NCBI GenBank assembly: GCA_965198115.1
Contig: OZ240241.1
Location: forward strand, 4,064,001 to 4,128,000
Direction: 5' to 3'
Source: Candidatus Latescibacterota bacterium
GTDB taxonomy: Bacteria > Latescibacterota > UBA2968
DNA: 64,000 nucleotides
Below the pieces are notes generated by a model that was given only the letters and a program-made list of their open reading frames with translations, ran no database searches and was not told the DNA's origin. Shown one piece after another: positions 20,383 to 29,610 of the stretch (the first letter of the stretch is position 1; each line of letters opens with the position of its first letter). Made by a program: the position numbers and the translations under genes.

Positions 20383-21654
20383 CGAGCAACCCTTTGACAT
20401 TTTCGCTGACGAACGTAAACACCATTTGATCGTCCGGCCGACAGCTGTAGATGACGGCGGGGCTCGTGTCCAGCAGGTGCTGGAGCCTGCTTCGTGTGGA
20501 ACTCAACTGCTCCCGTACACGCTCTCGGTTCGCAAGTTCTCTTCTTCTCATCGAATAAAGGACGGCCAAGAATCCGACAAGCCCGAATCCAGGCAGGAAC
20601 ACGTAGCGAGCAAGTGCCCCCCACAACCGCCGGCTCTCCGCCCGATCCGTCGCCGGCCCTGTCCACCTCAGATCCCCGACCGCACTGCCAGAAGGTCCCG
20701 CAGTCAAGAACTTCGACGAACTCAAGAGGGAGAAATCTCCAGACTCTGCATCGAAATAGTGGGGGTCGGCGCTGAAACAGCAGTCCATGCTCGGACCGGT
20801 GTTGAAGTTCTTTCGGTTGTCATAGGTACAGATGGCCATCCTCTGGGCCTTAGGGTGGCTGAGCAACGCGTAGCTCCGGCAGCCCGTAAGAATGCTGCTG
20901 GAGATCAGAGCATCGGGAACGGCAAGAATGTCGACCCCGTCATAGGCGTTGTGTACGGTGATGTGAGAGATCCTGATTCGCACGGGAATTCGCACCCTGT
21001 CGACCTTGATCGCAGATTCGCCCAGATAGGAGAAGGTGCAATTCTGAATCTCGAGATACCGAACTTCATCTGGCCGCCTGAAGTCCACCGCCACCTGGCC
21101 AATGTTGTAGAAGAGCGTGTTGGTGATCACACAAGTGAGTGAGGTCCCACCCTCACCGGATACCCCTGCGACGACAAATCCGTCGATCTCACAATTGTCG
21201 ATGATGAGCTTCCGGGGTACGGCGGACACGCTACGGATAGCTCGTTGCGTGACGTTGGCCCCGGTCAGCCGGACACCACGAAGCAACAGGTCGCCGCGAG
21301 CGGAGAGATGGCTCTTCCCTTCGGTTCGCCAGACCGGGCGGTCCGACAGATCGGGATCGACGATCAGACTGAGAGCAACGTCCGGGCAAAACAACCTGAT
21401 CCGACTCGTGATAGATGCCGCTCGATACGATTACGAGCGTATCTCCGGCCGCCGCCAATCGGGCCGCCCGACTGATCGTATTGGTGCCTGACCGAATCGG
21501 GATAACCCGGGCGTGAGTGTCACGGCCCAGACAAGCGCGACCAAACACATCAGTGCTATTCCGGTCATTCTGCGCCGCTTTCCAAGTTGCACGTGCACAT
21601 CTTTCATCGTCGCTCCGCAGGTCACCAAGCCATGACGCATCTTGCGAAGTTCAC

Positions 21655-22425
21655 TCATGATGCAGTGCCGCTCCGGCTTTCACCACGCGTCGAGTTCTCC
21701 CGCTTGATCTGTTCCTTCTGCCAGACGTAGTCGACTTCACCCTTATAGAAGGCCAACGGCGTCTCTACCGCCCAGAGCTGCTTCCGGATCACCCAATTGT
21801 CAGGATCGAGATGGACTGCTGCCCTCAGCTCCACGAGTGCTTCCGCTCGATTATTTTGCTCCAGAAGTTGGGTCGCCCGCTGAAACCGTTCGTCCGCCTC
21901 CTGCTCCCTCGACGAGAGAGGGTGTGGAATCTCGGGTCTGTTCGATTCGGACCAGGCCGCCGGGATCGTTCCCGTCAGAACCCATTCCAGGAGTTCGGCA
22001 CTGAAATCAGACTCGTCGATGTTGACAGGTCCGATTGACTTGGCGAGAAGACCTTCTTCATCCAGGAGGATGCCGACGGGGACATACTTAAGGTTGAAGA
22101 CCTTGCCGATCACGTTGTGCTGGTCTAGAAGACTGGGGAACGTAGCGCCAGCCTTTTGAACCCAGGGCTTCGCCGCTTCAGCCCCTTGCGCGTCCTGCGC
22201 GATCGAGACGATCTGGACCAGGCCTTTGTGAGACTCGTGAAAGGACTGCCATCCAGGCAGCTGGCTGCGGCACCCTCACCACGATGCCCACACGAAGAAC
22301 ACAGTCCTCTTTCCGATGAATTCGTCCGATGTAACGAGATCTCCTTCGAAGAGATCCGGCAGGCTGATCGCTGGTGGCTTATCCCCGATCCCGAATCCCA
22401 ACCGGCCTTCTTGCGTGGTGTCCAT
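21655..22425 (-). CDS. Selenocysteine-containing TlpA/ResA-like thioredoxin-fold protein (WASW-U-GC) with C-terminal TPR-like region, 256 aa
   Basis: ATG 22425 reads MDTTQ...TVFFVWASW-TGA-GCRSQLPGWQ in frame through to ORF 21655-22113; TGA (22276-22278) sits at the redox-active Cys position; cis-Pro motif YVP present. Confidence 0.88.
22237..22279 (-). promoter_or_regulatory. Candidate bacterial SECIS element
   Basis: CTGCC-tggat-GGCAG hairpin with G-containing loop 20 nt after the UGA; GTGAGGG can pair with CTTTCAC as a lower stem. Confidence 0.65.
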
Positions 22426-22497
22426 CCCAATGCTTCCTTCCGTCAATGTTGCGGGGAGATTCAGGCACGAGAAAGTGTCATCGAGAGTATGGCTTCT

Positions 22498-22863
22498 TCA
22501 GATAGCACTCATTGGTGCCAGCTCGACGGCTTCCAGGACTTGATCCAGATCCAGCAATCGGATGGGCTTGACCAGGACAGTCAACACGTCCTCAGGTGGA
22601 CCCTGACTGGCCAGATCCACGTGGCCGCTGATGGTGACAAGGGGCAGATCGTGAGATTTCCCATTGATCTTCCGGAGGAGTTCCTCTCCGTCAAGACCCG
22701 GCATTCGCAGGTCCACAAAAGCGAGATCGAAGCTTCTCAGGTCCAGGATGTCCAGGGCAGCCTGTCCGTCCATAGCGGTCTCCACCCGATGCCCGCACTC
22801 GGCCAGGTATTCCCCGATGGTTTCGTGCACGATTTCCTCGTCATCCACGATCAATATTCTCAC
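22498..22863 (-). CDS. Single-domain response regulator (CheY-like receiver)
   Basis: ILIVDDE, FVDLRMPGLDG, ISG, KP. Confidence 0.92.
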   Translation of the reverse strand: MRILIVDDEEIVHETIGEYLAECGHRVETAMDGQAALDILDLRSFDLAFVDLRMPGLDGEELLRKINGKSHDLPLVTISGHVDLASQGPPEDVLTVLVKPIRLLDLDQVLEAVELAPMSAI

Positions 22864-23267
22864 GGTTGTGCTCCTGCATCTGAGGGTAAAACGGCTTCGA
22901 CGCCGGCCGCGTCTTCGAGAAATCGCTCCAATTCTTGGAGTCTGAAGGGCTTCCCCAGAACCCCGATGGTGCCCAGCTGAGAAGCCCGATCTCTCAAATC
23001 GGAACTATAAAATCCTGCCATCAAGCAGACTCGAATGTGAGGCCACGATTCCCGGATTCGGTGTGTCAGGTCATACCCACTCATGCCCGTCATCTGGACA
23101 TCGACAAAGGCGATGTCATAGAGCGTGGCACGCAGCGCCGCCAAGGCGGCTTCGCCGTCTTTGACCGAGGTCACATCGTGGCCCAGGTCGTCGAGAAAGG
23201 TCGTCAACGTCTGTCGGACGATTTCCTCATCGTCCACGACTAAAATCTGCTTGCTGGAATGGCTCAT
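22860..23267 (-). CDS. Single-domain response regulator (CheY-like receiver)
   Basis: ILVVDDE, FVDVQMTGMSG, KPF; Ala in place of the usual Thr/Ser (LMAG). Confidence 0.9.
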   Translation of the reverse strand: MSHSSKQILVVDDEEIVRQTLTTFLDDLGHDVTSVKDGEAALAALRATLYDIAFVDVQMTGMSGYDLTHRIRESWPHIRVCLMAGFYSSDLRDRASQLGTIGVLGKPFRLQELERFLEDAAGVEAVLPSDAGAQP

Positions 23268-23305
23268 ATTCCCCGGTGGCTCCGACTGGTGATCCTAATA
23301 CACAC

Positions 23306-23321
23306 CGCAACAGCCGTGCCC
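23306..23321 (-). promoter_or_regulatory. Sigma54 (-24/-12) promoter for the receiver-selenoprotein-kinase operon
   Basis: Minus strand GGGCAC-GGCTG-TTGCG ~40 bp upstream of ATG 23267, preceded by an AT-rich tract (23335-23375, possible IHF region). Confidence 0.7.
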
Positions 23322-23455
23322 GAACGTGCTGAAGTCTATAACCCGTTCATAAACAGACTTTTAGTTCTATATAGTGTGGTCTGGCGAAAGTGCGTCGTTG
23401 AGTCAGGGTTAGCGATCCTTGACAGCAATAGATGACAACTCCGACTTCCCGACAG

Positions 23456-24820
23456 TCAAGCGATTTGGTACTTCTGAATTTTGTAGCGCAAGGTCGAATA
23501 GGGGATATCCAATGCAACCGCCGCCGCCTTACGATTCCACTTTGCTTCCTCGAGAGCAGTCAGGATCGAATCCCTTTCGCCAAAACTTTCCGATGGGATC
23601 ATCTTCGCTGTGGAGACCTTCGAGTGCCCATTGTGTCGACCCAGGTGGGCGGCATTAATGTCCCCGGATCTCGAAAGGATCGCTGCTCGTTCGATCATAT
23701 TCCTGAGCTCGCGTACGTTTCCCGGGAACGCGTAATCGAGCAGGTATTCTTTTGCATCCTGCGTCAACGATTTTTCCGAAACACCCCGTTGTGTTGCATA
23801 AACCGCAAGAAACTGTTCGGCAATGGGCATCACGTCTTCAGGGCGCTGATTCAAGGGTGCCAACTCGATCGGAAACACATTCAGTCGGTAAAACAGGTCG
23901 CTTCTGAATCTTCCTTCGGCGACCGCGTCTTCCAGCGGCGCATTCGAGGCCGCCACGACCGTGAGGTTCACGCTGATTTCCTTCGATCTGCCGACGCGTC
24001 TGAAGCTTCTCGTTTCCAGGGCACGGAGCACCTTGGCCTGGGCGTCGGCCGACAGGTCCGCGATCTCATCCAGAAAGAGCGTTCCGCCATCGGCCAACTC
24101 GAAATAGCCGGGTTTGTCCGTGGTCGCACCCGTAAAGGCACCCTTGGCGTGGCCAAAAAGCTCGCTTTCCACGAGGGCTTCGGGCAGAGCCGGGCAACTG
24201 ACCGGGATAAAGGGACGATCGGGGTTGCCACTCTTGAAATGAAGCTCTCTTGCGACGACCTCTTTGCCCGTACCCGTTTCTCCCGTGATCAGGACGGAAT
24301 CCACCCGTGCTTCGATGGCCAGATCGATCTGTTCACAGACTGACTCCGCGTTGGGACTCGCACCCATGAAACCGCAGGCGCTTTCCCTCAGGGCGCTGGA
24401 CTGGATCCCGCCGATCGTCTGTTTCAGATGTCGCTTGTCCTTCTCCAGACCACCGAGGCGAGCCACTTTTTCCAGAACCGCCTCGAGTTCCAGCAGCTTG
24501 ACTGGCTTGGGCAGGAAGTCAGCGGCCCCCGAACGAAGGGCTTCGATGACCATCTCCATGTTCCCGTGGCCCGTTATCATGACGATCGATGTTTCGGGGC
24601 ACGTTTTCCTAGCCCTCTCCAGGAGTTCCAGCCCGCTGAGACCCGGCATTTTGACATCGATGATCGCAAGGTCGTAGTCGTCCTTACCCAGTGCGATCAA
24701 GGCCGAGTCTCCTTCGCGGCAACTCTTGAACCGGTGCCCGCAATCCATCAGGTAATCGCCAATAGTCTCGTGAACGATCTGCTCGTCATCGACTAAAAGA
24801 ATGTTGAGTTGGCCCGACAT
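23456..24820 (-). CDS. NtrC-family sigma54-dependent response regulator (REC-AAA+-Fis HTH)
   Basis: Receiver, GETGTGKE Walker A, ESELFGHAKGAFTGA, LFLDEI, FRSDLFYRL, FPGNVREL, C-terminal HTH. Confidence 0.96.
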   Translation of the reverse strand: MSGQLNILLVDDEQIVHETIGDYLMDCGHRFKSCREGDSALIALGKDDYDLAIIDVKMPGLSGLELLERARKTCPETSIVMITGHGNMEMVIEALRSGAADFLPKPVKLLELEAVLEKVARLGGLEKDKRHLKQTIGGIQSSALRESACGFMGASPNAESVCEQIDLAIEARVDSVLITGETGTGKEVVARELHFKSGNPDRPFIPVSCPALPEALVESELFGHAKGAFTGATTDKPGYFELADGGTLFLDEIADLSADAQAKVLRALETRSFRRVGRSKEISVNLTVVAASNAPLEDAVAEGRFRSDLFYRLNVFPIELAPLNQRPEDVMPIAEQFLAVYATQRGVSEKSLTQDAKEYLLDYAFPGNVRELRNMIERAAILSRSGDINAAHLGRHNGHSKVSTAKMIPSESFGERDSILTALEEAKWNRKAAAVALDIPYSTLRYKIQKYQIA

Positions 24821-24871
24821 GTTTTCCTACTCCGGTTGGCGTTGAAAGTCCTTCAGCCTACCGTTACCTAT

Positions 24872-24887
24872 CGCAAACGGGGTGCCA
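24872..24887 (-). promoter_or_regulatory. Sigma54 (-24/-12) promoter upstream of the NtrC-type activator itself
   Basis: Minus strand TGGCAC-CCCGT-TTGCG ~50 bp upstream of ATG 24820. Confidence 0.78.
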
Positions 24888-25318
24888 AAACCCATTCGCT
24901 ACGACACAAAATTTATGACGGTTGCAAGTCGTTCTTTTGGTGAAGTTATGATCCTTCACTCCCCGGGAAATCGCCCCGTCACAAGAGGATCCGATAGGCT
25001 TCGGGTGGTCGATTTCAACCACAGAGAGGGATCACCTCCACACGTCGTAAGACAGGTCTTACAAAGTGTCGCTTATGTGGGTCGGATCGTCCTGATTTTG
25101 GCGGCGTACAAAGACACTCCAGGACCGGATCCCACGTGCGTTCGTGGTGTATTTCCATTTGCCCCTACACTCTTCTCCAGTCATTTTGGGCTGAGGAACC
25201 ACGCTCCCGCAGTCAATCGGATGGTTCACGACATCGATCCAGATGCCATCTGAATCGATGGACCCAACGCCTTCCTTAGACTGCAGGATGACCACACCAT
25301 TCGACCTGGAGACCCACG

Positions 25319-25717
25319 GTGGCTGAAAACGATATCCACCTCGCTGTTCTCGAAAACGACGGCCAGCGCGTGAAGCAACTCGCCGACGAGGATAGCTCCG
25401 GCGTCAACCGTCTGGTTGCCGTCGACAGTCAGCAAGGCCTGGCCCCCCTCCACGTGGCCGCCCGGCACGGCAGCATCGAAATGTGTGCGTTGCTCTATGG
25501 TCTGGGCGCGAGTCTCGAGGTGAGGGACGAGGAGCATCAGTGTACCGCCCTCGGCTGGGCTGCCTACTTCGGGCAGACCGAGACAGCCGAACTACTGATT
25601 CTCTTCGGCTCGGATGTCGAGGATCGATGTCGGCCGCTGATACTCGCACAGGAGCAGGGCCACTCGGAAACGGCCAAGCTTCTGCTCCAGTACGGCGCAC
25701 CCGAATTCGATGAATGA
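25319..25717 (+). CDS. Ankyrin-repeat protein
   Basis: GLAPLHVAARHG, TALGWAAYFG, PLILAQEQGH repeats. Confidence 0.9.
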   Translation: MAENDIHLAVLENDGQRVKQLADEDSSGVNRLVAVDSQQGLAPLHVAARHGSIEMCALLYGLGASLEVRDEEHQCTALGWAAYFGQTETAELLILFGSDVEDRCRPLILAQEQGHSETAKLLLQYGAPEFDE

Positions 25718-25792
25718 GACTCGATATGTGGCTCGTTCGTGACTCCTGTTTCCATCGTCTGCCATCCCAGTAGCGAGGTCCCACTCTCCAAA

Positions 25793-27358
25793 ATGCCTGA
25801 AAATTTCGATATCCTGATTGTCGGCTCGGGTTCCGCCGGCTCCATTCTAGCCGCACGTCTCTCCGAAGAAGCCGGCCGTTCGGTTCTGCTGTTGGAAGCC
25901 GGGCCGGATTTCCGGACGGACGAATTACCCGACGAGATTCGGCGCGCTTACGGCGACCGCAACATCTGGCCCAAGGCGTTCGGGACGGAAACGAAGTTCG
26001 GATGGGGCTACCGGGGCCGCGGAACCGACGATTCCCCCGACATGATCGTTCCGCGAGGAAAAATCATCGGAGGTTCGAGTGCGGTGAACGCTCAGATCTT
26101 CTTGCGGGGTCCCCGGGAGGACTACGATTCTTGGGCCTCGTTCGGGAACGATCAGTGGAGCTACAACAGGCTCCTGCCTTACTTCTGTCTGAACGAGGCC
26201 GATCCTGACTTCTCCAACGACTACCACGGCAACAACGGACCGATCCGTATTCACAGGTTCAAGAATCCCGAATTGAATCCCGACCATCGCGCGTTCTACT
26301 CAGCCTGTCTGGATGCCGGTTACGCAGACTGTCCCGACCACAACGATCCCGATTCGACCGGCGTTGGGCCGCTTGCCCTCAACAACCCGAATGGCATTCG
26401 TTGGAGCACAGCGATGGGCTATCTGGAGCCTGCGCGGGATCGGGACAACCTCACGATCAGGGGCGACTGTCACGTTCGCCGAATCCTTTTCGAAGGAACA
26501 CGCGCAGTCGGCGCGGAGGTCGACAGCCGGGGTGAAACTTTCACTGTGCACGCGGCTGAAACCATCGTCTCTGGGGGCGCAATCGCTTCCCCACAGATCC
26601 TGATGCTGTCCGGGCTCGGTCCCGCTGATCATCTGTCGAGCCTGGGTATTCCGGTCGTACTGGATGTGCCCGGTATCGGGCAGAACCTGCGGGATCATCC
26701 CCAGGTCCCCGTGACCCTTCGCTCGAAGAACGACGTGATGCCCGACGGTTCAGACCCTCCGCTGCAGGTGGGCCTCCGCTACACGGCGACGGGCTCCGAC
26801 CTGAAGAACGACATGCTCATCCTTCCTGTGACCTTCGCCACGGAGGAAGGCTTCTACGTTTCGTCCCAAAGCGATCCAATCGGATTCTACCTCACCGCTT
26901 GCATCTATCTGGCCGCGGGCGCTGGGCAGATCACCCTCGCTTCATCCGATCCATACGACAAGCCGAACCTCGACTACGACTATCTCGCAGATCCTTTCGA
27001 TCGTGACCGGCTGCGCGAAGCCGTACGCATCATCATCGAGCTGACCGGTCACGCTGACTTTCGGAAAATCATCGAAGAGCGTGTCGACCCTACAGACGAG
27101 GATCTCGCGACCGATGCCGCGCTCGACGCGTGGATGAGCCGGAAGGTCTCGACGAGCCACCACTCGTCGTCGACGTGCAAAATGGGGCCCACATCCGACG
27201 ATGCGGCCGTCGTCGATCAGTTTGGGAAGGTATATGGTGTCGAGGGGCTTCGGGTCGCCGACGCCTCAATCATGCCCGACTGTGTCCGTGCCAATACGAA
27301 CGTATCGACGATGGTGATCGGAGAGCACATCGCCGATTTCATACGAAACGGATTCTGA
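25793..27358 (+). CDS. GMC family FAD oxidoreductase (choline dehydrogenase-like)
   Basis: IVGSGSAG, PRGKIIGGSSAVN, SPQILMLSG, GQNLRDHP, LRVADASIMP. Confidence 0.94.
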   Translation: MPENFDILIVGSGSAGSILAARLSEEAGRSVLLLEAGPDFRTDELPDEIRRAYGDRNIWPKAFGTETKFGWGYRGRGTDDSPDMIVPRGKIIGGSSAVNAQIFLRGPREDYDSWASFGNDQWSYNRLLPYFCLNEADPDFSNDYHGNNGPIRIHRFKNPELNPDHRAFYSACLDAGYADCPDHNDPDSTGVGPLALNNPNGIRWSTAMGYLEPARDRDNLTIRGDCHVRRILFEGTRAVGAEVDSRGETFTVHAAETIVSGGAIASPQILMLSGLGPADHLSSLGIPVVLDVPGIGQNLRDHPQVPVTLRSKNDVMPDGSDPPLQVGLRYTATGSDLKNDMLILPVTFATEEGFYVSSQSDPIGFYLTACIYLAAGAGQITLASSDPYDKPNLDYDYLADPFDRDRLREAVRIIIELTGHADFRKIIEERVDPTDEDLATDAALDAWMSRKVSTSHHSSSTCKMGPTSDDAAVVDQFGKVYGVEGLRVADASIMPDCVRANTNVSTMVIGEHIADFIRNGF

Positions 27359-27393
27359 GTCCGCATCGTGACCCGCGACTTGTGAGACGAAAC

Positions 27394-29452
27394 ATGCTCG
27401 AGCGGCTTCGCAAATGGCTCAATCGGCAGGACTCTACGAACGTCGCCGACATCGTAGCCAGAGATTCTCTGCGCTTTCTCTTTGAGCGTGGTCCTGAGGC
27501 CTATTATCTCGCAGATCTTCAGGGTCATTTCATCGATGGCAACAAAGTCGCCGAAGAGCTCATCGGATACGCCCGAGAGGAGTTGATTGGTAAGAGCTTC
27601 CTCAAGCTCAAACTCTTGCCGACGGACCAAATACCTCGAGCTGCGGCAAATCTGGCGCGTTGCGCCCTAGGCTATGCGGTCGGTCCGGAGGAATACCAAC
27701 TTCGAAGAAAAGATGGCCAGATACTCGATATAGAAATCACGACGATTCCGGTGCAGCTCGAGGGGACAACGTATGTCCTGGGTTTGGCCCGAGACATCGC
27801 CTATCGCAAACAGATAGAGAGCGAACTCCGCGAAAAGGACGATCGCTACACGCGCGCGGTTTCATCAGGAAAAGTGGGTGTGTGGGATTGGAACATCCCC
27901 ACCGGTGACATCTTTCTCGATCCCATCCTGAAAGAGATGCTCGGCTATGAGGACGCTGAGATCCAGAACCACATCGACGAGTGGAGAAAGCGCGTTCACC
28001 CCGACGACAACGAAGCCGTCGTGTCTGCCACCAACGACTGCCTCGAGGGCAAGACCGACAGCTATGAGATCGAACATCGTATGGTGTGCAAGGATGGATC
28101 TGCCCGCTGGTATCTGGCGCGCGGCGACGTCGTACGCGACGCAGGACGGGCGACGAGGATGATCGGCACGAACACTGACATCACTCACATCAAAGAGATG
28201 GAAACGGAGCTTCGCGCAGCCAACTCGAGGACCTCGTGCAGCAACGGACGTCAGAGCTTCAAACCGCCAACGAACGTCTAAAGAACGAGGCCAAAGAGCG
28301 GGACCTCCTCGAAACCGAGCTCATCCGTGTCCAGCGTCTGACCGCCCTGGGTGAACTATCTGCAGGGGTGAGTCACAACCTGAACAACATTCTGACCGGT
28401 GTGCTGGGTCCCGCGAAGCTACTGCGCGTCAGGGTAGACGGCTCCGACCTCGCGCCCGAAATGGACACGATCATCAGGGCCGGCACACGGGCAGCCGACC
28501 TCGTCAAACGCCTCCACCACGCCGTCGGCGACCCGCACGAGACAACGTCGTCGGTCGATCTCAACCGGCTTGTCGAAGAGGCTGTGGCCGACACGCGACC
28601 CCGGTGGAAGGATGAGGCGGAGGGCCGAGGAGCCGAGATTGTCCTCCACACGGATCTGGGGGAAATCCCTCACGTCGAGGCCACACAAAGCGGTGTCTAC
28701 GACATCCTGATCAACCTGATTTTGAATGCCGTTGACGCCATGCCCGGAGGCGGTGATATCGAAATCACAACCTCGAGCACAGGGGACAATGTTCGCTTGA
28801 CGGTCGGTGACGATGGCATCGGAATGGACGATACCACGCGTGAACGCGCCTTCGAGCCCTTCTTCACGACCAAAGCGAAGGTCGGGACCGGTCTGGGTCT
28901 TTCGACCGTCTACGGCTCTGTTATTCGATGGGGCGGTAAAATCGACATCGAGAGTGAAATTGGCATCGGCACGCGATTCATCGTCGAGCTTCCAGCCACA
29001 AAGTCCGGCTTGCAAAGCGGAAGCCTAACCGACCCGGCTCCCTCCACGGAGCGGCAGGCCCGCATCCTGATCGTCGAGGACGAGCCATTTGTCGTCGAAC
29101 TCCTCGACCGCGTGCTGCGACCGCGGCATCGACTGACCATCCTCGATGACGGCGATCGTGCCCTCAAGACCTTCTCGGTGAATGAATTCGATATCGCTCT
29201 GATCGACCTGGGTCTGCCGGACGCCCGGGAGATCAGGTTGCCGAAGAAATCGCGCGGCGCGATCCAAGCGTCGTGCGTGTGTTGATCACCGGTTGGTTCC
29301 TGCAAGAGAACGACAGCCGGCTCAAGCCGTTCGACCTCCATCTTCAAAAACCGATCTCCGGCTCCGCCCAGATTCAAAGCATCGTCGCCAAAGCGATGGC
29401 CCTGCACGATGCGCGCCACCCTCCTCGTTCAAACCCCGTTCCGGGGGACTGA
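27394..29452 (+). CDS. Cytoplasmic hybrid histidine kinase (PAS-PAS-HisKA-HATPase-REC), apparent frameshifts at ~28225 and ~29225
   Basis: Two PAS/PAC domains, SHNLNNIL H-box, NLILNA, EPFFTTK, GTGLGL, receiver ILIVEDE..IDLGLP continuing in another frame as PGDQVAEEI..LITGW..LQKP to the stop at 29452. Confidence 0.85.
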
Positions 29453-29610
29453 CTCGCAGATCTTCGACTCGTTCTACCTTGTTGTGCAACGACGACTTCA
29501 GTAATTTTGTCGCCAGTCATCTTCGGCGGTCAAAAAGATAGAGTTCACGCCGTACCGTCGGTGGCCACGGCTCAATGGCTGAGCCAACCAGACTGAGGAA
29601 GGAAAGCTGG

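Larger units (their letters stand above)
17969..21658 (-). pseudogene. Beta-helix/PAS sensor histidine kinase interrupted by IS256 (plus small frameshifts ~21515, ~21385, ~18062)
   Basis: Signal peptide, parallel beta-helix repeats ending GDLRW, TM, PAS that rejoins as VSENVKGLL-GYQPDE once the IS and one target duplication are removed, AHELNQPL, HATPase. Confidence 0.85.

Noticed and set aside
22125-22980. ORFs 22125-22430(-) and 22156-22980(+)
   Set aside because: Shadow frames of the selenoprotein and receiver genes
24882-25295. ORFs 24882-25253(+) and 25059-25295(-), or a riboswitch in this spacer
   Set aside because: Atypical composition, overlap with a divergent promoter region, no recognisable aptamer motif
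25793-27358. Calling the GMC enzyme betA or mycofactocin MftG
   Set aside because: No bet or mft genes nearby; only a family-level call is supportable
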